DNA of 64,000 nucleotides from Octopus sinensis (lineage: Eukaryota). Location: assembly GCF_006345805.1 (NCBI RefSeq), contig NC_042998.1, positions 54,622,001 through 54,686,000 of the forward strand, given 5' to 3'. Numbering within the stretch: the stretch's first letter is position 1; every line of letters starts with the position of its first letter. A program made the position numbers and the translations under genes. Of the stretch, positions 37,639 to 50,209 are shown one piece after another. The notes below the pieces were generated by a model. The model made no database searches, was not told where the DNA came from, and worked only from the letters and a program-made list of their open reading frames with translations.

Positions 37639-38872
37639 ACAACTGGAATTAACAATGAAGATTGCAACAATTGGCCTAAACACCTACCTGAAAAACTCTG
37701 ATGACTGAATGTTAAAACTTGTCTTAAAGCACAAAAACAAGAAAACATCATACTCAGTAATAAAACAGGTAAAGTGAATTCCAAATACAACACACCCCAG
37801 AGTTAGACATTTTAGAAACAAGCACAGAAAAAGCTAAGCATATGAAAATTCGGGGCTAAAACCTCTGCCTAAGATATTCTTACTGATAAATGGCAAGAAA
37901 AACTTCTTGATGGCAAATACCCAAAGAGAGCTAATAATGCTGATGTTGACCGTACCCATCAATGGTTAGTGTCTTCTGGCTTAAAATCAGAAACAGAAAG
38001 GTTTATCATAGCAGCCGGAGATCAATGCCTACCTACAAGGAGCTATCAGGCCAACATATTAAAGAACGGCAGTAGCCCAACATGTCGTGTATGTCAACAA
38101 CAAAATGAAACCATTGATCACGTTGTCTTCATGTGCAGTCTTCTTACGCCTATACAGTATCTCAACAGGCATGATAGAGCAGCACAGTATATTCACTGGA
38201 TAATTTGAAAAGACCTGGACCTGCCCCATGATAAAAACTGGTGGGAACACAAACCACCTCCAGTGCTTGGAAATGGTCACATCTCGCTCTTCTGGAACTT
38301 CACCATTCAAATTGACAGAAAGATAGATACAAATAGGCCAGACTTTATATATTGAAGGACTTCAAACAAAAATCATTCCACCTCATTGATATGACTGTCC
38401 CAATCGACATAGATGTATCAGTCAAGACCTACCAAAAACTGAGCAAGTATAAAGATCTTGAAACAGAAATTGGCAAAATGTGGAACTTAAAGACTAAAAC
38501 AATACCTATTGTCATAGGTGCCCTTGGAATGATAGCAAAACGGACTGATTCCTACCTAGTTTCAGATACCAGGAAACCCCAAAATGGCAGAAATTCAAAA
38601 GATAGAGCCTATGGGAACTGCCCATATTCTACGTAAAATACTGTCTATGTAATCTCAATTTTAAAACAAACTTATAATTTTCTTGTTTTCTTGAACATTC
38701 TAAAGAAAAATACTTAGTGCAAAACCAAATATATGACACCCTAGGCGTAACACCAACTTGAACTTCTAACTTGTCTCTTGAGGTCTCTGGGTGAGAATTG
38801 GAGTCAACTTGTTCAAATACAAAGCAAAAGTCAAACAGATGGTGATGATGAAGATGAAGATGATGATGATGA
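37639..38872 (+). mobile_element. 5'-truncated Dong/R4-like RLE LINE, second family
   Basis: SGLKSETERFIIAAGDQ; CRVC..NETIDHV..C; RPD..LIDMTVP..KLSKYKDL; PIVIGALG. (TAA)n upstream, (TGA)n downstream. Confidence 0.9.
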
Positions 38873-40212
38873 TAACTTTTCAGCTATATATAATTACTTG
38901 TTGACATGGTTATTTAGTCTCCCCACCACCTGCCACACTAAATCAACCCTGCTTGAAAAGATTTATGAATACATGTGCTCTAGCTATGATCATTTCAATC
39001 TCTTTACAAAACTAGGACTGTATCATCCAATGTAAAATGGTAGAAAGATAGTACAAGGTGATTTTGCTGCTATTTCAAGCATGTGGAGCAACCCCTTTGA
39101 GAATTTCTCCAAAAAATCTCTTGGCTGTATGTATGTGAGTTCTTGGCCTAAACGCTGTAAATCACTCAACCAAAACACTTTGATCCTTTTGTAATCATCG
39201 TATTTCTAATTAAATACAATGTTTCAATTAATTCTTAAAATAATCCAGTATTTGGTGGGATGTAACAAAACACCTTCTTTTTGTATTTGCATTTTTGGAA
39301 GGTAATTTAATGAAAGGTTCTTCTACAAGATAATGATGGAAGGTGCTAGTTTAAAAAAAAAAAAAACTTTAAAACAGAAGATTTGCTATCAAAAAACTGA
39401 GGCAGCCTCTAAAGGGTTAACAAAGAATTTTGGGGAAAAATATGAAAGAAAGAGATGAAACAAAAGCAACATATAACAGAAATTTCTTCTATGACAGATA
39501 AATCTGGATACACACTTTATGCTACTATTAAAAAATTAATTATTCATACACATTTTATCTTAAACACTGCTTAGAAGAAGCAACAATAGACAAATTATCT
39601 AAACGGCTTAATCTGCTACAGAAGTGTCTATAAATGATACAGCATCACATGGCTCTTAATCAAAATTAGCATCCATATTGTACTTTCAATAGGTATATTC
39701 TGAGATACATTAAACAGTTCTTCGTAAATTTTCTTGAAAAATTAAAATATTTTTAGTTTCTTTCCATTAAGATCAGAGGGTGGGGAGTCTTACATTTTTC
39801 AGGTCAAACATTATATTTCTTTACGAGTTTCAACTTGAGAGGTGCAGCCATGCTGGGGCACCACCATTATATTTGTAAATATATTTTATATTGTTCACTT
39901 GTTTCAATCAGTGGACTGCAGCCTACAGTGTGGTATTTATCCTTTTGGTCACTTCTGCCAAACTGCTAAGAGGACATAAATCAACATTGGTTGTCATACA
40001 GCAGGGAAGGGGATTAAAATATACACACACACACACACACACACATACACACACACATACACACACACACATACACACACATACTCATACATAAATACAC
40101 AATGGGCTTCCACATAGTTTCCATTTACTAAATTCAATCACACAGCATTGGTCAGTTCAGTGCAATAGAAGACACTTGCCCAAGGTGCCATGCAATGGAA
40201 CTGAACCCAAAA

Positions 40213-40243
<31 letters not shown>

Positions 40244-40514
40244 AATATACAAATGATAGGTAACAAACAAATAATTTCTGGCACTGGCATGATACCAGAA
40301 ATTTTCAAAGCAAGAAGTTGCAATTCAAACCATTCTAATACTTTGACTAGTTCTATTCAACCAAGAATGATGAAAAAGAACATAAATCTCAATGAGATAT
40401 TAACTCAGCTTGTAAGGAGACATCCTAAATATACTACAATACATCCAATTTGTGGCTCTACCAATTCTATCTTTCATATTCTTAAATAAAAATAAATAGT
40501 AAACAATAGTAGAC

Positions 40515-40905
40515 GTAGGAGTGGCTGTGTGGTAAGTAGCTTGCTAACAAACCACATGGTTCCAGGTTCAGTCCCTTGGGCAAGTGTCTTCTACTATAGC
40601 CTCGGGCCAACCAAAGCCTTGTGAGTGGATTTGGTAGATGGAAACTGAAAGAAGCCCGTCATATATATGTATATATCTGTGTGTATGTGTGAGTGTGTAT
40701 ATGTTTGTGTGTCTGTATTTGTTCCGCCACATCACTTGACAACTGATGCTGGTGTGTTTATGTCCCCGTAACTTAGCGGTTCGGCAAAACAGACCAATAG
40801 AATAAGTACTAGGTTTACAAACAATAAGTCCTGGGGTCAATTTGCTCAACTAAAGGCGGTGCTCCAGCATGGCCACAGTCAAATGATAGAAACAAGTAAA
40901 AGAGT
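40515..40905 (+). mobile_element. SINE family A (intact reference copy)
   Basis: GGAGTGGCTGTGTGGTAAG head through AAACAAGTAAAAGAGTA tail. Confidence 0.9.
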
Positions 40906-41033
40906 ATAATGATAAAAGCCTAATTCTGTAGCATATTAGAAATATTTAACACATGCTGGTAGTTCAACCCATGACAGCATAGCAAACAGACATTTAAGGA
41001 TGATGATGATGTGTGGAACCTTGGGCAATTGTC

Positions 41034-41352
41034 GGATCTTTTCGGTTTGAACAGCAGTTTTTAACATAATTTCTAGGTAACTAAAAAATTTTAAACTTCG
41101 TATACTGGTAGAATCTGTTTATAAAACATCTTTTTCTCTTGGCTTTATTGAGAAAATTCTATAGTTTGTAAGATATTTGTTGATTTTTTCTTCAATTTCT
41201 GCAATTTCAACCAATCAATGACGTCCATTGAGGTAAAAAAACATTCTGTGCCGTATGAATATGTCCCTCATTTAAGAAACAGATATGGTTTATTTACATT
41301 TGTGAAGAAAAAAAAGATACCCTTTCCCCCACCCCTAACCAACCCTAACCCT
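41034..41352. mobile_element. Truncated MITE-like repeat ending in CCCTAA units
   Basis: Starts GGATCTTTTCGGTTTGAAC; ends CCCTAACCAACCCTAACCCT; second TIR absent. Confidence 0.45.
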
Positions 41353-42113
41353 GCTATGCAAGTACATCTCCGAAATATCTCCATTTTACCATCAAATAAA
41401 AAACACTATACCTGAAACATCTTAAATGATAGCAGCCATCGCTACTGCTGCCATCATTGCCATCATCATGAACCCTTCAGCTAGGCAGTAACCTTAAAGT
41501 ATTCCTTCTTTTGGTATGCATCACCCAAGGATAATTTCCAAGTGTTAAGCTGAACAAATTGACGCCAATACTTATATTTTTAAGATTTGTACTTATTCTG
41601 TCAATTTCTTTTAAAGAACCACTAAGTTATGAAGGACATAAAGAAACTAACAATGGTTATCAAAAGGTAGGAATAAGGGACAAATGCAGAGCACATAAAT
41701 ACATATATCTATCTGTCTATCTCTCAATCTAGTCAATGAGTTTTCTTTTTGCATGACACTATTGCCCAAGGTTCCCGTGGTCTTTTCCGTAGGCTTTTGT
41801 ATCCACGGACAAACCTAATCTGTTTTCCCCTTTTACATTGACATTACTGTGATACACGATCCCTATTGATCGGCCCCCACTTTTTTTTCCTCCACGATCC
41901 CTTTTGATCGGAATTCGCCCCCCCTCCCCTCTTTTCTTCCCAAAAAGAAAAGCCCTACTTTGTATTTTGTCCCTTCTGTATTTAGCCCTGCATGGCCAAT
42001 AAAGAAATCTATCTAGTCAAATCAAATAAATGAACATTAAAAATAACAATAACAAACAGTAAGAGAACAAGTACATAGAACGTATTAGGTTGATACTCAA
42101 TGAAACGTGAAAG

Positions 42114-42149
42114 TTTTTGACATTTTGAGTATAGTTCTTCATCAGAAAG
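42114..42149 (-). ncRNA. Decayed minimal hammerhead with canonical CUGAUGA
   Basis: CTTT CTGATGA A GAAC TAT ACTC AAA ATGT C AAAA; G12 and the helix III palindrome are lost by CpG-type changes. Confidence 0.5.
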
Positions 42150-42301
42150 GAAAAAGAGAAAAAAAACCAACAACATATGTAGTTACATTGCTGAAAAAAA
42201 TACATATATGGTTCAAATGTACAGGAAACAAAAGACAAAAATAAGCGAGGGAACAACAAGCAGGTGTATTAGTTTTTAACGTTTGTGAAGAATGGAAAAG
42301 T

Positions 42302-42337
42302 CTTTGACGTTTCAAGTCTACACTCTTCGACAGACAG
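42302..42337 (-). ncRNA. Minimal type-I hammerhead, A6U variant, GUC site intact
   Basis: CTGT CTGTCGA A GAGT GTAG ACTT GAA ACGT C AAAG: palindromic ACGT helix III, stem II GAGT/ACTT. Confidence 0.65.
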
Positions 42338-42797
42338 GGATGAAAAGAAAAAAGTGGAAAGAGAAAGAATAAAAGTGATGAGAGAAAAAAAATGTGTTGG
42401 GTTTAATGGATTAACATGATGAAAATGCAGACAATGAACTTCCATACAGTTTCCATCTGTTAAACTCTCACAAGACATCAGTCAGCCCTGGGGCTATAAA
42501 AGAAGACACCGGCCCAAAGTGCCATGTAGTGGGACGGAACTTGAAATCACATGGTTGCAAAGGAAGCTTCTTAACCACACAACCATGTTAGTTGTTTATT
42601 GTTGTTTTTGGTGTCAGATGTTTGTTGTTCATGATTTTCTTTAATGCAACCAGTGTTTTGTGTTTTTATTTTTATTTTTAATACCATTTCGTTCATATGC
42701 TTTCAATTATTACGATCAGAGAAGAGTTTCTATGGCAACTTTGCATCTCCGTAACAGAGTGGATTAGGTAGAGAGAAACTGAAAGAAGCCTGTCGTG

Positions 42798-42839
<42 letters not shown>

Positions 42840-42904
42840 CATCACATATATATACACATATATACATATATATATATACACATATATATACACATATATA
42901 TATA

Positions 42905-43420
42905 CTCTTTTACTCTTTTAGTTGTTTCAGTCATTTGACTGCGGCCATGCTGGAGCACCGCCTTTAGTCGAGTAATTCGACCCCGGGACTTATTCTTTGT
43001 AAGCCCAGTACTTATTCTATCTGTCTCTTTTGCCGAACCGCTAAGTGACGGGGACATAAACACACCAGCATCAGTTGTCAAGCGATGTTGAATGACACAC
43101 ACACAAACACACATACACACACACACACATATATATATATACGACGGGCTTCTTTCAGTTTCCGTCTATCAAATCCACTCACAAGGCTTTGGTCAACCCA
43201 AATATATTATATATATATATATACATACATATATATATATACATGTGTGTGTGTGCGTGCGCGCGTCTTTGTGTCTGTGTTTGTGCTCCTACCATTGCTT
43301 GACAACCGATGTCACTGTGTTTATGTCCCCATAACTTAGTGGTGAGGCAAAAGACACCAGTGGAATAAGTACTAGGCTTATAAAGAATAAGCCCTAGGGT
43401 CGATTTCTTGGACTAAAATG
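42905..43420. mobile_element. Inverted pair of SINE-A copies (42905-43200 minus, 43250-43420 plus)
   Basis: Tail regions are reverse complements across a (TA)n spacer. Confidence 0.8.
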
Positions 43421-43694
43421 ATACATAAAACAACTGGCAGGTAAAAGCAAGTTTTATCAAAAGTGATCATTTCCCAGACAGTTAATCTGTGACACTTTGA
43501 GGATTCAGTGAATACTTCTCACTGAAAAGTCTTCCAGCATCTCAAAATCACTCTTGAATAATGACCATAATGAGATACCATAAAAGAACAGAGCTAATAC
43601 AGATTAAAAGTGCTTAGAAGTTCTTAAATAGATAGAATCTCTTAAATGGATACAATGTATATATATATTTTTTATTAAAAAAAATGAAATTATT

Positions 43695-43843
43695 GGCTGT
43701 GTGGTAAGAAACTTTCTTCTCAACCACATAGCTCCAGGTACAGTCTCGCTGCATGGCATCTTGAGCAAGTGTCTTTTATTATAGCCTCAAGTTGAACAAA
43801 TCCCTGTGAGTAGATTAGGTAGAGGGAAACTGAAAGAAGCCTG

Positions 43844-43883
<40 letters not shown>

Positions 43884-44800
43884 GTGTGTGTGTGTGTGTG
43901 TGTGTGCATCTTTGTATCTGTGTTTGTACCCCTACCATCACTTGACAACTGATGTCAGTGTGTTTTTGTCCCCATAACTTAGTGGTTAGGCAAAAGACAC
44001 CAACAGAATAAGTACTAGGCTAAAAAAAGAATAAGTCTTAGGGTCGATTTCTTGGACTAAAAACCCTTTAAGGCGGTGCTCCAGCATGGCTACAGTCATA
44101 TGGCTGAAACAAGTAAAAGAATAAAAGCGATAGGCTTTTAAATATTTTCTTATCACTTATATTTCACTCATTTCAGTCACCTCCTTGTACAACTTTGAAT
44201 CAAACAAATTGCCTCCTGCCACCTTTCTTTTTTTTTTTTTTGAAAGCCTTGTACTTTCATTGGTTTCTTTTTGCCAAATTGTTAAATTAAGGGGGATGTA
44301 ACCAATACCATAAAGTGGTTGTCAAGCAGTGGTGAAGGACAAACACAAACACACCATACATATAAACATATATGTATGTTCTTTTATTCTTTTACTTGTT
44401 TCAGTCATTTGGCTGTGGCCATGCTGGAGTACTACCTAAAAGGGTTCTAGTCAACGAAATTGACCCTAGGACTTAGACTTTGTAAGACAAGTACTTATTC
44501 TATTGGTGTCTTTTGCCAAACTGCTATGTTACAGGGATGTAAACACACCAACATTAGTTGTCAAGCAATGGTGAGAGAGGGACAAACACAGACACAAAGA
44601 AATACACAAACACACACACACATATATGACAAAGTTCTTTCAGTTTCCATCTACCAAATCCTCTTATAAGGTTTTGGTCAGCCTGAGGCTATAGTCGAAG
44701 ACACTTGCCCAAGGTGCACACAGTGGGAAAGATTTTTGTTGGCCAGGGCTATAGTAGATAACACTTGCCCAAGGTGTCACCTTGTGGTTGGGAAGCAAAC
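43695..44800. mobile_element. Tail-to-tail SINE-A pair (43695-44130 plus, 44385-44800 minus)
   Basis: Both show head, core and tail in opposite orientation, ~250 bp apart. Confidence 0.8.
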
Positions 44801-45194
44801 CTCTTACCATACAACCTCACCAAAGCCTACATGGTTCCAGGTTCAGTCCTACTTGCAGCTAAAAGGTCACCATTTTAATACTGTTGTCAAAATCCAGAGC
44901 AAATTGCAGAAGGTCCTCAACTCACTTATGGAAAACAAACTTCCAGGCTGGATTCCAAAAGTGGCAGGAATGCTGGGATTGGTGTATTGCTGCACAAGTG
45001 ACTATTTCAAAGTAGATGATGTTAAAACTTAGGTAAATAAGTTATTTTTTTATTACACATAACTAATTCTGGAACTTTTAGATACCACCTCATATATTTG
45101 TAAAAACCCTTGGCATACCCAAATATTCCTTGTAGCGCACTGTTTGAAAACAATGGCCTTACATAGTCAAGTGATGTGTTATGAAGTAGAAGGC

Positions 45195-45425
45195 AGTGAG
45201 CTGGCAGAAACATTAGCACGCCGGGCAAAATGCTTAGCGGAATTTTGTCTGCTGTTACATTCTGAGTTCAAATTCCGCTGAGGTTGACTTTGCCTTTCAT
45301 TTTTTCGGGATCGATAAATTAAGTACCAGTTACGTACTGGGATCAATGTAATCGACTTAATCCCTTTGTCTGTCCTTGTTTGTCCCCTCTATATTTAGCC
45401 CCTTGTGGACAATAAAGAAGTAAGG
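45195..45425 (+). mobile_element. tRNA-derived SINE family B (diverged copies near 23985, 28590, 34455)
   Basis: GAGCTGGCAGAAAC A box; GAGTTCAAATTCC B box; GCCTTTCAT..TTTCGGG.TCGATAAATTAAGTACC domain. Confidence 0.88.
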
Positions 45426-46217
45426 GGTAGAAGGCAAACCTTCTCTTAAATCACACTCCTGTCATCTTAATAGAAGGAAGACCACATCGGACAATGAGGT
45501 GCCTGATAAACAGGTCTACAAGATTAGAACAACAAAAGTACCATGCTACATTAACAAGAGTAGAAGTGGGGTGGTGCGTGAGCGTGTGTGTGGAGGGGGG
45601 TGCATGAGTGTGAATTTGCATGTTACTTTCCAATAAATTAGTGTTGAGAAAATTTAGTACAGGTTTACAGGATCAGTGCTGAGTAGGTACTAAACAGCAA
45701 CAATAATAGAGAGAGAGAGTGTGTGTGTGTGTGTGTGTGTGTGCATGCGTGCATACATGTGTGTGTGTGCAAGTTCCTATCTCCTTGCCTTGACATCACA
45801 TAATCACTGTAAACAAGTGTCAACGACATACAAACAGCATTTTTGTTTCCAGTTCTCCATAAAAACTGGTCTGGTTATGAGGAAATATTACCTCACTTAG
45901 AAACAGGTGAGGGTTAGCAACAGGAAAGGCATCCAGCCATAGAAAATCTGCCTAAATAAATTATGCCTAACCTGTGTGTGTGTATGGAAAAAATGGACAT
46001 AAAAATTATGATCATGAGATGACCTCTAGTAAGCTAAATCACCATGTTGCTGTTTGTAACCCATGTGAGATCTGATTGAACAGATGTATGACCAAAGGCT
46101 TTCCAATTATGACCATCCAATCCCCCTTCAAAATGTCAGAGACCAAACTGATTAATGTATTCTCCTTCATTTAAGATAGCAGAGTGTGAGTCGTAAGAGA
46201 CTTGGCTGCTATTTCTT

Positions 46218-46446
46218 ATTTCTTTACTGCCTACAAGGGGCTAAACATAGGGGGGACAAACAAGAACAGACAATCGGATTAAGTCGATTATATTGACCCC
46301 AGTGTGTAACTGGTACTTATTTAATCGACCCCGAAAGGATGAAAGGCAAAGTCGACCTCGGCGGAATTTGAACTCAGAACGTAGCGGCAGACGAAATACT
46401 GCTAAGCATTTCACCGGGCGTGCTAACGTTTCTGCCAGCTCGCCGT
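46218..46446 (-). mobile_element. SINE family B, inverted relative to 45195
   Basis: Reverse complement of the same consensus. Confidence 0.88.
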
Positions 46447-46916
46447 CTTGGCTGCTATTTCTACTGACTTGTATAGAAAGCTTCTACATTAGCTCAAGCA
46501 AGAGAGATTTTGCTGGATGTTAGTAGGTAGGAGGGTGGGTAGTGCCAGTGGTGGTGGCCATGGTGGTAGCGGTGGCAGAGCATGAACAGTTAAAATAAAC
46601 AAAAAAGCTTCAGCAGTGAAACAACAACCTAAGAAAATAATCAACAATTTAAGTGAATAAATAAGATCCAAAATATAGTGTTCAACTGTAATTATTTCAC
46701 AGAAGACCAAGACAGCAAGATGCTGTCAACTTGAAAAATACATTTGCAGGAAATATTTAAATAAATAAATAAATAAATAAATAAAAAATAAACACATATC
46801 ACTTCAACTTTGTGTTTTTGTGCTTGTAGAAGGAGTTATTTTGTTCATCTATTTATTTTTTTCCTGTTTAACATGCTTATTTTCAAGACAGCAGGAATTG
46901 GATAGGTTTGTTTTTG

Positions 46917-46952
<36 letters not shown>

Positions 46953-47235
46953 CACTTTGATAATTGCATATTCTTAGAACAAGTAATTTTACAGCTGAAT
47001 GCCCCTGCTGGTGTTACCCGCTCAGCCGTGAAGTAGGAGTGAACCAGATGTCACATAAGCTAGGCTGAAGCAGGTAGCATAATGTACAACATTATCTAAA
47101 CAGATGGATATTTTAAACTTTCTTTGAAATTTCAATCAGTGTAGACCATTGTCTTTAAGCTGACATACAACATCCTCAAATAGATACACAACATTCATAC
47201 ATAAATACACATACATACATACATATATATATATA

Positions 47236-47367
47236 TACAGAGATGTACTTGCATAGCAAGTGACCTGATCTGAGATCGTGCGCTGGAACAAAAACAATTG
47301 TAGCGTGGAAGGTGTTTTTGTGTGTTTCTTAAACGGCTTATAAACACCTTCCATGTTGCAATTGTTA
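47236..47367. mobile_element. Internally deleted copy of the 19616 fold-back/pLTR element
   Basis: TACAGAGATGTACTTGCATAGCAAGTGACCTGATCTGAGATCGTGCGCTGGAAC identical start; hammerhead region deleted. Confidence 0.85.
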
Positions 47368-48129
47368 TATATATATATATATATAAGTAGAAAGATTAGC
47401 ATATGAGAAGCTGTAATGTTGCACAATAAACCTCCAAAATATTCTGAATGGAATAAAATTGTGCTTTATGCTTTTAGCAGAGCCTAGTCTATTTCAAGTA
47501 TTCAGACTAATCACTGATTTGAAGATAACTTGATATCATGGATCAGTGCTCACTGCAGCTCCCTATGAGGTATTTTTTTTTCTTGTAGTCTCCGTATTTC
47601 AGCAAAAAGCCATGGCCTCTAGTCAGCCTTCTCCCATTTGTCATTGTCATGTATCGTACATTTTTGCAGTGCATTGTTGACACTAGAATGAAAGTCTTCT
47701 TGATTAAGGCTGAGTTCTCCTATTGGATGAAACCATAGCATTAATTTGTTCTGACTTTCTCATGGCATCTTCTTGGCAGAGATATTGGGGTGGTTTGTCA
47801 TTACCTTCCCCAATTGGATGGCCATTGGTCCACAGGGAGCCCATCTGCCCTTCAACAGGTCTTACTTTTAGTTGAGTGTCCAGAAGGTGCAGAGCTTAGT
47901 GGCTAGGATATTTGGCTCATGATCAGAAGGTAATATGTTCAGTATCACACAATGTGTAGTGTCCTTGAGTAAACTTTATTTCATGTTGCTCCAGTCCACT
48001 CATCTGGCAAAAATGAATAGTACCTATATTTCAAAGAGCCAGCCTTGTCATATCTTGTGTCATGCTGAATCTCCCCGAGAACTACATTAAGGATATGCAA
48101 GTCTATACTGAGTACTCAGCTACTTACTC

Positions 48130-49135
48130 TTTATTCTTTTACTTGTTTCAGTCATTTGACAGTGGCCATACTGGAGCACCACCTTTAGTCGAGCAAATCG
48201 ACCCCAGAACTTATTCTTTGTAAGCCTAGTACTTATTCTATTGGTCTCTTTTGCCAACCCGCTAAGTTACGGGGACGTAAACACACCAGCATCAGTTGTC
48301 AAGTGATGCTGGGGGAACAAATACAGACACACAAACATACACACACACACATAGGTCTCACTGAGGAAATGACTAGAGACCGAGATCTCTGGAAGTGTGC
48401 TGTGCGCGAGAAGACCCGGCAGGACAAGTGAGTCCATAACCCGTGGCCTTCTACATGGGATGGAGCCAGCCTACATATGCATACCTTCCCTTCTTGGGAC
48501 ACAAAACTCTACTTGTGAAGACCTGTTGAGGCAAGTGAGGATCAGAATCGAAATCGATCAATGGAAATTGCAGATGTGTTACCAGTGCCGGTGGCACGTA
48601 AGAGAACCTTCCGTTTTGTGACCGTTACCAGCGCCGCCCCGACTGGCCTCGTGTTGGTGGCACGTAAGAAGCACCATCCGTCCGTGTCCGTTGCCAGCCT
48701 CGCCTGGCCCCCGTGCCGGTGGCACATAAAAAGCACCATCCGTTCGTGGCCGTTTGCCAGCTCTGTCTGGCACCTGTGCGGGTGGCACGTAAAAAGCACC
48801 CACTACACTCACGGAGTGGTTGGCGTTAGGAAGGGCATCCAGCCGTAGAAACACTGCCAGATTTGACTGGGCCTGATGAAGCCTTCTGGCTTCACAGACC
48901 CCAGTAGAACCATCCAACCCATGCTAGCATGGAAAACGGACGCTAAACGATGATGATGATGATGATACATATATACGATGGGCTTCTTCCAGTTTCTGTT
49001 TACGAAATCCACTCACAAGGCTTTGGTCAGCCCGAGGCTATAGTAGAACACACTTGCCCAAGGTGCTACACAGTGGGACTGATCCCGGAACCATGTGGTT
49101 GGTAAGCAAGCTACTTACCACACAGCCACTCCTGC
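48130..49135 (-). mobile_element. SINE-A split at its internal microsatellite by an RTE copy
   Basis: Tail half ~48130-48350, head half ~48967-49135. Confidence 0.85.
48352..48966 (+). mobile_element. Truncated RTE LINE (last ORF codons + 3' UTR with four ~63-bp modules)
   Basis: GLTEEMTRDRDLWKCAVREKTRQDK*; collinear with 34652-35340. Confidence 0.92.
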
Positions 49136-50209
49136 ACCTATACCTAGGAGAGGCTGTGCTACTTGCACATTAATTTTACAAACTGGCTGTTCCATTGATC
49201 AGGTCAACTGGAACCCTTGTTATCATAACCGACAGAGTGCCAGTTGGGTGTCCCACCTCACAACAACTGCAAGCTACATGAGTGGTGGAGCTGGATTAGT
49301 TGCCAACCATCCAACCATAAAACAGGTAGTACTAGTTGACATGGTACCAGTAGCAGGTCTCACCAGCCTGTGATGAGACCCCTGATCTGAGATAGATCTT
49401 CTCCCACTAGGAGGGACAAAAAAAAATTTTAGAAGTCTGCTTTCCTAACCAAAAAGAGAAACCAAAATTCCACTTCACAGTTTAGTGGTTGACATTAAAT
49501 AGACTGGTTTCTTGCAGATATCCATACTTATTGCAAGTAATGTAATTACCAATACAGAATTGCAATATCAATATATGGAAACATACAGTCTGAAAAAGTT
49601 ACGTCAACATTTCGCTGATTGATCTCACACTCCAACAATTCCCAGACAATCACTCGAATCACTTTCTTTGTAATAACCATGATAGAGTTTTGGCTGCATA
49701 GTCTCACACAATAAAGAGTCTTCAGCTATCACTAAGATCGCTTATTTCTATTTGTAGCCAGAAAGGAGACAGTCTTACAGTTATAAGGAACTCGTCGAGG
49801 TAAAGATTTACAGAAAAGATTTGATAGAAAGCAAAATGTTAAATAGTCTTAAAAGTGTTTAACATTAAAGACAGCTACTTATGAGAGCTTTCTTAGAAGT
49901 TTTTTAACTTGCATCTCTCAGTAACAAATACTATAAATACATTGTATTGTTATAGATTGTCAAACCACTTCGTTCTCATTTTTTGTTTCTTACTTTTTAA
50001 TTCACCATGTCCAAGACAATTATTGTTCATAGTGTCAGTCAGTTAATATGACATTTCAAGAAATATAGATGCATTACTAGAAGAAATATAGAAAAAAAAT
50101 AGAATTAAAAATGAAGGAATGCCTACAATGCTTGATGTAAAATTTATAGAACCCCATTATACATGCCAGAGTGAATGCATGTCTGGAGCACTTGGTGACC
50201 TATTGAACA

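Larger units (their letters stand above)
42040..42345 (-). mobile_element. Two tandem Penelope-like pLTR units (~188-bp spacing)
   Basis: Each unit carries GTATTAG...GAAAGT.TTTGAC and a hammerhead relic. Confidence 0.6.

Noticed and set aside
39281-39329. 49-nt AG..GT cassette in the large intron
   Set aside because: Would shift the frame between phase-0 exons; weak donor (GTGTTT)
48870-48900. CTGATGA followed by a hairpin (also near 34745 on the minus strand) as a hammerhead
   Set aside because: No GAAA after the stem and no stem I/III; other copies read CTGGTGC
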